A stretch of 18,204 nt of DNA from Armatimonadia bacterium (GCA_039683575.1 JBDKRC010000008.1:1-18204), one strand, 5' to 3'. Positions 8,185 to 16,235 are shown, counted from the first letter of the stretch. Notes: generated by a model not told the origin, from the sequence alone. A program made the numbers and translations.

Positions 8185-10824
8185 ATGGCCGAGCTGCTAC
8201 GGAGTGGAATACCGGGGCTGGATTGCCTGCTCGGTGGGGGAATCCGCCCGGGAGCCTGCCTGCTGCTAGAGGGCGTTCCCGGTGTCGGCAAAACCACCTT
8301 CGGCATGCAATTCGCCGCCTTCGGTGCCTCCACCAATGAACCCGCCATCATCGTCACTTTCGAGCAATTCCCCGAACAGATCTACAACGATGCCCTGAAC
8401 CTCGGCTGGGACTTGCGCTCGCTCGAGGACAAGGACCGCCTGCGCGTCGTCTGCACCTCACCCGACGTCTTTCTCGACCAGCTCAGCGACGTCGGCGGGA
8501 TGATGGATAGCCTCATCGCCGAGATCGGCGCGCGGCGGCTGATGGTGGACAGCGTGGCCCATCTGGCTCACATCGCCAGCGGCCCCGGCGAGTTGCGTCC
8601 GCTCGTCTACGGCATGCTCAATGGCATTCGCCGCGCCGGCCTCACCGCCATGATCACCAAGGAAGTCGAGTCGGCCTCCCCTGAGAACATTCCCTTCGAG
8701 GAATACCTCGTGGACACGGTCATCCGGCTGTCCTTCGAACTCCAGCACAGCCTCTACCGCCACCGCAACGTCGAGATCATCAAGTCCCGAGGTCAACATC
8801 ACTCCCACGGTCGCCACACCCTGGTCATTGACGGCTGCGGGGCCACGATCTACCCGCGCTACGAACCCAAGCGCCGCGAAATCAGCACCGAAGCCTGTGC
8901 CTCCAGCCGCGTCAGTACCGGCATCAGCGGCCTCGATGCCATGCTCGAAGGTGGGATAGGATCGGGCCATGCGACGCTTCTCGCCGGCAGCGCCGGTGTC
9001 GGCAAAACGACTTTCGCCCTGCAGTTCCTGGCCGCTGGCGCTCAGCGGGGCGAGCCGGGCATCCTTGTGACCTTCGAGGAGAAGCCCGACAAGCTCTGCG
9101 AGCTTGCTGCCGGCTTCGGCATAGATATCCGCAGCCTCCAGGAGCAGAAACTCCTCAGCATCCTCCACCGCTCTCCGCTGCACCTCTCGAGCGATCAACT
9201 GCTTTGCGAACTGCAGGAGGAAGTGAAGCAGCTTGGCGCCCGCCTCGTCGCCATCGACAGCCTTACTGACCTGACGATGAGCACCTACGAGCCCCGCCAG
9301 TTCCGCGAGACCGTCTTCATGATCAGCGACATGCTGCAGGAGGCGGGCGTGACCTCGTTGCTCACCGTGGAGGTCCCCGAACTCTTCGGCCAGACCTACG
9401 TCACTTCCGAGCACGTCTCGATCATCGTGGACGGCATCATCCTCATGAAGTACGTCGAGATGGAGAGCGAAATCCAGCGCGCCATCTCCGTGCTCAAAAT
9501 GCGCGGCTGCAACCATGACAAGGGCATCCATCGCTACACCATAGACAACAACGGCATCAACATCCGCGCCCGCTTTGAGGGTACCTCGGGCGTCATGGGC
9601 GGCAGCCCCATCCAGACGCCCGTCACCCTCTCGGTCCGTAGCTTCACCGAGTACGACGAAGCACTCAACAACGAACTGATGGAGCGCTTCTCGCAGCTCT
9701 ACCCGCACGTCAAACCGGTTTCCCTGACGATTCCCTACAACCCGGATGATGTGCGGGAGACGGTGCGGGGCGCCCTGGAGGCGAGTTCCACCAGTCTGAG
9801 CGTCGCTCCGCTATGTCTGTACTGGTTGCCGGAGGTCATTGAGCTCGGCAGGCTGCTCCCGCTCGACAACGTCATTCCTCCCCGCGAGACCAAGCTGCAT
9901 CTGCCGGACCTGCTGGACGCGGGCAAGGCGAACGGGCGTCTCTGGGCAGCCCCCGCCATGGCTCTGTGCGGCGTGATGCTCTACCGCAAGGACCTGCTGG
10001 AAGAGTACGGCTTCACTCACCCGCCCCGCACCTGGGACGAGCTGATCGAGCAGGCGCAGACCATTCTCAAGGGCGAGAAGGACCCCAACCTCATCGGCTG
10101 CCAGTTCCCAGCGTATCACTACGAGGGCCTCACAACCTCGTTCCTGCAGAATCTGTGGAGCAATGGCGGCGAGCTTCTGGTGGACGGCCAGCCGGCCCTG
10201 CAGACCGAGAACTCCTTGCAGGCCCTGAAGTACATGCGCAGCATGATCTTCGACCACGAGCTAAGCCCCCGGAACCTCACGAGCGCCGCGCACGGCCTCG
10301 AGCCTCAGTCTGACTTCATCGCCGGTCGCACGATCTTCCTGATCATGTTGCCGAGTGTCGCGCAGGCCTGCCAGAGCGAGGGCTCGCACATGCGTGGCAA
10401 GGTAGGGATTGCCCCGCATCCGATGGGACCTTTGGGCACCGAATCAATCACCTTCCTCGGTGGCTGGCACTACGGCATCCCGACAGGAGCGCGTTCCCCC
10501 GAGGCGGCAGGCAACTTCATCCGCTTCATGACCAGCTACGAGGTCCAGAGGGAACGCTCGCTGCGGGGTGGTCCGATGCCGACCATACCCAGTCTGTACT
10601 CGGATCCGGAGATCATCGCTTTCAACCCGGATTACCCGCTCCTCCAGCGCCTGCTCAAGACTGCGCGCAAGCGCCACGAGATTCCGCACTACAGCGAGAT
10701 CTCGCGGCTGATCCAGGCGCACCTCCACCCGGTCCTGACCGGCGACACGGAGCCCGAAGCGGCTCTCGCGCAACTCAGCGAAGAGATCAGCATCGTCCTC
10801 ACCGAGAAGCGCCCAGCGAACTAA
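8185..10824 (+). CDS. KaiC-family double RecA-type ATPase fused to a C-terminal sugar solute-binding (trehalose/maltose-type) domain
   Basis: 879 aa. Domain 1: SGIPGLD, Walker A GVPGVGKT (8272-8295), TFEQ, MVDS, EEYLVDTVI, KSRG. Domain 2: STGISGLD, Walker A GSAGVGKT (8986-9009), TFEE, AIDS, HVSIIVDGII, KMRG. From about residue 479 there is a family-1 SBP pattern: LYRKDLLEEYG..PPRTWDEL, YEGL, WSNGG, GKVGIAPHP, LGGWHYGI, FIRFMTS. No signal peptide or transmembrane helix is evident. Confidence 0.9.
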   Translation: MAELLRSGIPGLDCLLGGGIRPGACLLLEGVPGVGKTTFGMQFAAFGASTNEPAIIVTFEQFPEQIYNDALNLGWDLRSLEDKDRLRVVCTSPDVFLDQLSDVGGMMDSLIAEIGARRLMVDSVAHLAHIASGPGELRPLVYGMLNGIRRAGLTAMITKEVESASPENIPFEEYLVDTVIRLSFELQHSLYRHRNVEIIKSRGQHHSHGRHTLVIDGCGATIYPRYEPKRREISTEACASSRVSTGISGLDAMLEGGIGSGHATLLAGSAGVGKTTFALQFLAAGAQRGEPGILVTFEEKPDKLCELAAGFGIDIRSLQEQKLLSILHRSPLHLSSDQLLCELQEEVKQLGARLVAIDSLTDLTMSTYEPRQFRETVFMISDMLQEAGVTSLLTVEVPELFGQTYVTSEHVSIIVDGIILMKYVEMESEIQRAISVLKMRGCNHDKGIHRYTIDNNGINIRARFEGTSGVMGGSPIQTPVTLSVRSFTEYDEALNNELMERFSQLYPHVKPVSLTIPYNPDDVRETVRGALEASSTSLSVAPLCLYWLPEVIELGRLLPLDNVIPPRETKLHLPDLLDAGKANGRLWAAPAMALCGVMLYRKDLLEEYGFTHPPRTWDELIEQAQTILKGEKDPNLIGCQFPAYHYEGLTTSFLQNLWSNGGELLVDGQPALQTENSLQALKYMRSMIFDHELSPRNLTSAAHGLEPQSDFIAGRTIFLIMLPSVAQACQSEGSHMRGKVGIAPHPMGPLGTESITFLGGWHYGIPTGARSPEAAGNFIRFMTSYEVQRERSLRGGPMPTIPSLYSDPEIIAFNPDYPLLQRLLKTARKRHEIPHYSEISRLIQAHLHPVLTGDTEPEAALAQLSEEISIVLTEKRPAN

Positions 10825-10940
10825 CGGCCAGGCCCCGCCCGCCCTGCTGTCGCTGCTCGGAAGGGCCGAATGCCGACAGCTTCACCGTCGGCCTCCGGTT
10901 CGTGGCAATCCACCATACTAGTAACCGCAGACCGTCGTCA

Positions 10941-11021
10941 GGGCCGAAGGCCCGTCAGCCTCTAGCCGGGGGCGCAAGCCCCCGGTCGCAACGCCGCTCA
11001 CAACCAGAGCCCCGAAGGGGC
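10941..11021 (+). repeat. Three-hairpin REP/MITE-like extragenic element (copy A)
   Basis: GGGCC-GAA-GGCCC (10941-10953); TAG followed by CCGGGGGC-GCAA-GCCCCCGG (10966-10985); GCCCC-GAA-GGGGC (11009-11021). Same layout as 16151-16235 on the minus strand. Confidence 0.65.
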
Positions 11022-11130
11022 GGCAGCGCCGTTATCAACGACCCACACCGCCCGCCGTCTTCTCCGCCTGGCAGGAATACCCCCCACCAAAGACGAAGAC
11101 GCTCCCCAACACGCTGCACGGGAGACCCCA

Positions 11131-13455
11131 ATGCCACGCCATACCCTCCTCCTGCTCCTCACCCTCATCACCTTCGTCCCGCTATGCCATGCCGCCGACC
11201 AGCCGGTGAAGGCTGCCTTCATGTACTCTGGTTGGCCCAATGGGACGGCGTCCTTCAAGGACGAATTCGACCGCACCTTCGCCACCCTCGGCTGGCAGGT
11301 CACCAAGTTCGAGAACACCCAGGCCAAAGACCTCAGTGACCGCCTCAGCGAGTTCAACGTTGTTGTCGGCAGCAGTGTCAGCAACTACGCCAACCCGCAG
11401 GACTTCAAGCCCTTCGCCGACAAATGGCAGGCCTTTCTCGAAAACGGCGGCATCGTCCTGGCCACCGACGCCTCCTACGCTCCGATCAACGTCCAGTGGA
11501 TCGGTGGGATCAACCCTGCCTTCAGCACCTCCCCCGCGATCTGCAGCGCCCACTCCAAGCCTAGCGCCCAAACCGCGATCTCCAAATTCGCCGACGCGCC
11601 GCTGCTGACCGTCCCCGGCGACCTCCGCCCCGCCCTGCGCGCCAAGACCAACTGGTCCCACCTCGGGACCCTCGGCTCCGGCTGGACCACCGCCGTCACC
11701 TGCTATGATGACAAGCCGGTGCTGGTCTACCGCCCGGTGGGTAAGGGCCTGCTGATCGTGACCAACTACTTCGGCCTGAGAGGCGATAGCGAGATTGCCC
11801 GCGGCCTGCTCCAAAACGCCCTCACGATGACTCGCCTGCGCGCCCGCGGCCTGGAGTTGACTGCCCTCGAAGCGCAGGAGGGGCGTCTGACCGGCAACCA
11901 GCTCACGGTCCGCCTGAAGAACGTTCAGGACCAGCCCGCCAGCGTCTCGGCTCGGCTGGCGCTCAATCTCGGCGACAAGAAGCTCGAGACGTCCGCCGCT
12001 GCGACCGTCCAGCCCGGCGCTGAGGCTGTGCTGCCCCTTAAGTATGATCTACCCGCCCGCGGCCAGTGGGCCGGCACCCTCGATCTGCTTCAGGGGGACC
12101 AACTCGCCCTGTCGAGTAAGCACGAGATCATCGTTCCTGAACTGATTGCGATCCGGCTTCCCTCGCGCCACCAGTATGTCCATCGTCCTCTGCTCCGTGT
12201 GGGCGTTACCCTCGCCCCCGAACTGGGCGAGCGCCTCGCTGGCCTCACCGTGCGCCTGAGCCTCGGCAAGGGCTCACCGCTCATTGTGAAGCCGACGGAA
12301 CTCGACTCGCAGGCGCAACTCTCGCTCGACAAGCTTCCGCCGGGCGACTACACCCTGACCGCGACGCTGCTCGAAAACCAGAAGCAAGTTGCCAGCGCCG
12401 GGGCGCCCTTCATCATCCACCCGCGGCCACCCATCACCTATGACCCGAACAACATCACGTACGTGAACGGCAAGCCCTTCTTCCCGCTGGGCATGTACCA
12501 GGTCGGCTGGAGCCGCACGAAGGAGCAGAAGATCGCTGCGTTGCAGGAAATGGCCGCCGCGGGGTTCAACTGCGCGCACATGAGCTGCACGAGCCTCGAC
12601 GACTTCCAGCCCGTGCTCGACGAGGCCCAGCGCCTCGGCATGATGCTCCTGATCGAGGGCCTCGGGGCCAACTACGCCACCGTCCACCGCTTCAAGAACC
12701 ATCCGGCCGTACTCGGCTGGAATTCCGGTGACGAGCCCGACTGCAGCAACACCCCGCCGGAGGAGGTCGGACGCACCGTTGAGGCCCTCCGCGACGCCGA
12801 CTGGTCCCGCCTCATCTACACCACCGTCGCCAGCCCGGACGCCCTCGCCCGCTATGCGCCCTATGCCGACGTTTTCACCAATGACCCCTATCCCGTCACC
12901 GCCAAAAACACCAACACCATCGCCGTAGCCCGCCAGACCGCGCGCGCTCGCGAATCTGTGGCCGGGGCCAAGCCGCTTTGGATGGTGCCCCAGTGCTTCG
13001 GCTATGCCGATGGTCACTGGGCGGTGCCCACACCCGCGCAGGAACGCAGCATGACCTACCAGACGGTCATCGAGGGCGCTCGCGGTCTGGTTTGGTATAC
13101 CTTCGACGACAAAAGCTTCATGGTCCTCGACCACCCTGAGCTATGGGCGATGATGAAGCAGCTTGTGACCGAACTGAAGGCCCTCACGCCCGTGCTGCTG
13201 CAGCCGGAGGGCAAGGTCAAGCGCTTCACGGCCGGTCCCGAGGACGTGATCCGCGCGGCCGCCATCGGCGACACCATAATGGCCGCCCACACCAACGACA
13301 AAGACCTCGGCCCCCAGGAGTTGACCATCCCCGGCCTCAAGGGCAAAGCCCAGGCCGAGGTGCTGTTTGAGGACCGGACAGTGAGCCTGACCGACGGCAA
13401 GCTGACGGACAATTTCGCGCCATATGCGGTGCATGTATACAGGGTGAAGCAGTAA
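11131..13455 (+). CDS. Secreted multidomain glycoside hydrolase-like protein (C-terminal TIM barrel paralogous to the 160-2988 protein)
   Basis: 774 aa with GGAG upstream and a signal peptide (MPRHTLLLLLTLITFVPLCHA-A). N-terminal class I glutamine amidotransferase-like segment (FLENGGIVLATD...GKGLLIVT). Barrel motifs: VNGKPFFPLGMY, AGFNCAH, HPAVLGWNSGDEPD, DPYP, PLWMVPQCFG, GARGLVWY. The tail AEVLFEDRTVSLTDGKLTDNFAPYAVHVYR resembles AEVVFENRQVRVTDGVLTDTIEPFGTRVYR in the 160-2988 protein. Confidence 0.8.
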   Translation: MPRHTLLLLLTLITFVPLCHAADQPVKAAFMYSGWPNGTASFKDEFDRTFATLGWQVTKFENTQAKDLSDRLSEFNVVVGSSVSNYANPQDFKPFADKWQAFLENGGIVLATDASYAPINVQWIGGINPAFSTSPAICSAHSKPSAQTAISKFADAPLLTVPGDLRPALRAKTNWSHLGTLGSGWTTAVTCYDDKPVLVYRPVGKGLLIVTNYFGLRGDSEIARGLLQNALTMTRLRARGLELTALEAQEGRLTGNQLTVRLKNVQDQPASVSARLALNLGDKKLETSAAATVQPGAEAVLPLKYDLPARGQWAGTLDLLQGDQLALSSKHEIIVPELIAIRLPSRHQYVHRPLLRVGVTLAPELGERLAGLTVRLSLGKGSPLIVKPTELDSQAQLSLDKLPPGDYTLTATLLENQKQVASAGAPFIIHPRPPITYDPNNITYVNGKPFFPLGMYQVGWSRTKEQKIAALQEMAAAGFNCAHMSCTSLDDFQPVLDEAQRLGMMLLIEGLGANYATVHRFKNHPAVLGWNSGDEPDCSNTPPEEVGRTVEALRDADWSRLIYTTVASPDALARYAPYADVFTNDPYPVTAKNTNTIAVARQTARARESVAGAKPLWMVPQCFGYADGHWAVPTPAQERSMTYQTVIEGARGLVWYTFDDKSFMVLDHPELWAMMKQLVTELKALTPVLLQPEGKVKRFTAGPEDVIRAAAIGDTIMAAHTNDKDLGPQELTIPGLKGKAQAEVLFEDRTVSLTDGKLTDNFAPYAVHVYRVKQ

Positions 13456-13457
13456 CC

Positions 13458-14564
13458 ATGGATTTCACTCAGATCAAGTACCAGGACGCAGCAACGAAGA
13501 CCTACATCGGCAGCCCCAGCCTCCTGCGGCTGGACAATGGCGACCTGCTGGCCACCCATGACTACTTCGGCCCCGGCTGCCCCCGCAACCTCGAGAACGA
13601 AGAGCACTTGACGTCCGTGTACCGCTCCAGCGACGATGGCGCGACATGGGTGAACGTCACCCATGTCGCCGGGCAGTATTGGAGCAACCTCTTCGCTCAC
13701 GGCGGCGCTGTGTGGCTCCTGGGGTGCTCCCAGCAGTTTGGCTCCATCGTCATCCGCCGCAGCGACGACGGCGGCAACACGTGGACCCATGCGCGGGACG
13801 AGCAGAGCGGATGGCTGTTCCGTGGCGGCTACTACCACGAGAATCCGAACTACCACTGCGCTCCGATGCCGGTCTTGAAAAAGGACGGCTGGCTCTACCG
13901 TGCCTTCGAGGACTGCCGCGACGCCCGCTGGGGAACGGGCTTCCAATCGCTGGTAATAGCCGCGCCGGAAGACGCCGACCTGCTTGAAGCCAGGAACTGG
14001 ATCATGAGCAACAAGCTGCCCTTCGACACGGCCTGGCTGCCGTCAGATTGGCCGCAGCTAATGGCCCCCGGCTACCTCGAAGGAAACGTCGTAGAGACCG
14101 CTGAGGGCGGCCTGGTGAACATTCTGCGGTGCAACTCCACCCCCGTAGTGGACAAGGCGGTCATACTGCGGATTACTCACGAGGGGGAGACACTGAAGCA
14201 GGAGTTCGACAGCCTCATCGACTTCCCGGGTGGGATGACGAAATTCACAATCCGCCGCCATCCTCAAACAGGAAAGTACCTCACGCTGGCGAATGGGAAC
14301 ACGGACCCGCAATACCCCAGCCAGCGCAATATACTGTCGTTGTACGAGTCAGATAATCTGCGAGAATGGCGGCATGTGAAGACCCTGATCGAGGACGATT
14401 CGCCGCTGCCGTGGGAGGAAGCGGTGAGGCTGGTCGGGTTCCAGTACGTGGACTGGCAGTTCGATGGCGAGGGCATAGTCTACGCGGTGCGGGTGGCTTA
14501 CGACGGGGCCCACAACTTCCATGATGCCAACCGGCTGACGTTTCACCGCATTGATCGTCTTTAG
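13458..14564 (+). CDS. BNR/Asp-box repeat beta-propeller protein (sialidase family-like), cytoplasmic
   Basis: 368 aa starting 2 nt after the upstream stop. Asp-box repeats SSDDGATW, RSDDGGNTW and degenerate ESDNLREW. YIGSPSL sits where sialidases have the FRIP-type motif, and FQYVDW lies near the C-terminus. No signal peptide. Confidence 0.8.
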   Translation: MDFTQIKYQDAATKTYIGSPSLLRLDNGDLLATHDYFGPGCPRNLENEEHLTSVYRSSDDGATWVNVTHVAGQYWSNLFAHGGAVWLLGCSQQFGSIVIRRSDDGGNTWTHARDEQSGWLFRGGYYHENPNYHCAPMPVLKKDGWLYRAFEDCRDARWGTGFQSLVIAAPEDADLLEARNWIMSNKLPFDTAWLPSDWPQLMAPGYLEGNVVETAEGGLVNILRCNSTPVVDKAVILRITHEGETLKQEFDSLIDFPGGMTKFTIRRHPQTGKYLTLANGNTDPQYPSQRNILSLYESDNLREWRHVKTLIEDDSPLPWEEAVRLVGFQYVDWQFDGEGIVYAVRVAYDGAHNFHDANRLTFHRIDRL

Positions 14565-14788
14565 GGTAGAGAAATGTCGCGAAGGAAAGCTCCAACCGCG
14601 CAGAAAGCAGCCCTTGTTGATCATTTTGGGGGCTGAAATGCACAGTTGGAGTTAACCAATGTAACGATTCGGGCCCCAAATCGGCATCATCAGGACCCGG
14701 ATCGAGGGGTCTTTTCGGAGCCCGCTGGAGCACTACTTAAGGATTGTGTTGAATACTTGTCGGGGTACTTTTCGGCTAACGGAGGCCA

Positions 14789-16000
14789 ATGATGAGTGAC
14801 CAATTTGTGTACGTCGGCAAGGAAGAACTGGACCTGATTACCGAGGTCGTGAAGTCGCAGGAATTGTGGCGAGGACTCGCCGACCGCATGGTCGCGAAAT
14901 TCGAGGACGCCTTCGCCGCGCACAATAATCGCAAGTACGTCCACGCCAATAGCTCGGGCACCTGCGCGAACGAAGCCGCCGTGGCCGCCCTGGGCCTTGA
15001 GCCGGGCGACGAAGTCATAGTCACCCCCTGCAGCTTCATCGCCTCCTCCATCGCCCCTGTAGGCCTGGGGCTGGTCCCGGTATTCGCCGATGTGGACCCG
15101 CGGAACTTCGTTCTGACCGGTGAGACCATCGAAGCGGCCATTACGCCAAGGGCCAAAGCGGTCATGGTAGTGCACCTGTGGGGCCAGCCGGCGGACATGG
15201 GGCCGATTCTGGCAGTGGCCAAGAAGCATGGGCTGAAGGTAATTGAGGATTGTGCACAATGTTACGACGGGTACTGGCAGGGCAAGATCACCGGCAGCAT
15301 CGGCGATGTGGCCTGCTGGAGCCTGCAGCAGAGCAAGCACCTGACCTCGGGCGAGGGTGGCATCATGGCCACGGACGACCCGGAGATGTACAAGCGCATG
15401 GTCCTGTTCAGCAACTGTGGCATGCCCTGGTACCGCTACGGGCTCGAAACGGACAAGGCCCAGCCGGTGGGGGACCTGATCACGCGCGGGCATTTTGGCT
15501 TCGGGCACAACTACCGCATGAGCGAGCTACAGGGGGCGGCGGCGCTGGCGCAGCTTGGCAAGATCGAGTATCTCAAGGCCCGCAGGCAGCAGATCGCCGA
15601 CATCATCGAGACCACGCTACAGGGCACTCCGGGCCTGCTGCTGGCCCGGCCGTATGCCGACACGGTGCCGAATTATTGGGCGTATCCGGTGTTCGTTGAC
15701 CCGGCGACGGGGTTCAAGGCGGCCGACGTGGCGAAGTGGGTCAGCGAGGCCGGAGCAGGCGTCGGGCGGTATGCGGAGATCAACTACCTCGAGGCCGTAT
15801 ATCAGCAGATGGAAGCCAAGCGGCAGACGTCGGTGGGTGTGGCGCTGCCGGATTATGTCCACTACAAGCAGGGCGTGGCACCGATGGCGGAAGAGGCGGC
15901 GACGAGGCTGCTGATGTTCGGGATCATGCCGTGGAATGATGATGAGGGGCTGAGGAGGAATTGTGAGGTGCTGCGGAAGGTGATGGAGGAGAAGGCGTAG
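14789..16000 (+). CDS. DegT/DnrJ/EryC1/StrS family PLP-dependent aminotransferase
   Basis: GGAGG SD at 14781-14785; the start may be 14789 or 14792. Motifs NSSGT, GDEVIVT, PVFADVD, VHLWGQPADM, VIEDCAQ, the PLP-lysine motif SLQQSKHLTSGEGG, and GHNYRMSELQGA. Confidence 0.93.
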   Translation: MMSDQFVYVGKEELDLITEVVKSQELWRGLADRMVAKFEDAFAAHNNRKYVHANSSGTCANEAAVAALGLEPGDEVIVTPCSFIASSIAPVGLGLVPVFADVDPRNFVLTGETIEAAITPRAKAVMVVHLWGQPADMGPILAVAKKHGLKVIEDCAQCYDGYWQGKITGSIGDVACWSLQQSKHLTSGEGGIMATDDPEMYKRMVLFSNCGMPWYRYGLETDKAQPVGDLITRGHFGFGHNYRMSELQGAAALAQLGKIEYLKARRQQIADIIETTLQGTPGLLLARPYADTVPNYWAYPVFVDPATGFKAADVAKWVSEAGAGVGRYAEINYLEAVYQQMEAKRQTSVGVALPDYVHYKQGVAPMAEEAATRLLMFGIMPWNDDEGLRRNCEVLRKVMEEKA

Positions 16001-16055
16001 GGTCGTAATAAAGGCGAAAACAGAAGGACAGAAAACGGAAAACAGGGGGAGGGAC

Positions 16056-16129
16056 GCGTGGTAGGCATGCTCCGCATGCCGGATCCAGTTTTGAGACGAG
16101 TTCCGGCATGCGGAGCATGCCTGCCACGC
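16056..16129. repeat. REP doublet (REPIN-like) inverted repeat
   Basis: 28-nt arms at 16056-16083 and 16102-16129 match at 27/28, with an 18-nt spacer. The left arm carries GTAG overlapping the palindrome GGCATGC-TCC-GCATGCC; the right arm has GCAG at that position. Confidence 0.75.
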
Positions 16130-16150
16130 CTAGAGGGGGGCTCGCGGCGG

Positions 16151-16235
16151 GTGACCCCTTGGGGGCAGGGAGTTGGGTGGGTGCCGCTTCCAGGGGTTTC
16201 ACCCCTGGCTATACTCGGTGACCCCTTTGGGGTCA
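16151..16235 (-). repeat. Three-hairpin REP/MITE-like extragenic element (copy B)
   Basis: Minus strand: TGACCCC-AAA-GGGGTCA (16235-16219); TAG followed by CCAGGGGT-GAA-ACCCCTGG (16208-16190); CCCC-CAA-GGGG(TCAC) (16165-16151). Confidence 0.65.

Noticed and set aside
8185-10824. Bona fide circadian clock kaiC
   Set aside because: No kaiA or kaiB in the window, the ST phosphosite pair is SI, and the KaiA-binding tail is replaced by an SBP. It is called KaiC-family only, so no gene symbol was given.
9619-10824. Separate ABC transporter substrate-binding gene accidentally merged with the ATPase
   Set aside because: No stop codon, signal peptide or lipobox precedes the SBP, and no permease genes follow. 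An assembly artefact cannot be fully excluded without reads.
10902-11339. Small ORFs over repeat-rich intergenic regions (also 27-212, 15862-16485, 16058-16270, 17024-17383)
   Set aside because: They translate palindromic repeat DNA or overlap real genes out of frame, and have low-complexity Pro/Arg composition.
14565-14788. Riboswitch or defined operator upstream of the aminotransferase
   Set aside because: The region is AT-richer, with weak promoter-like hexamers (TTGTGT 14744-14749, TACTTT 14766-14771) and imperfect palindromes. I could not match any known RNA motif or operator convincingly.
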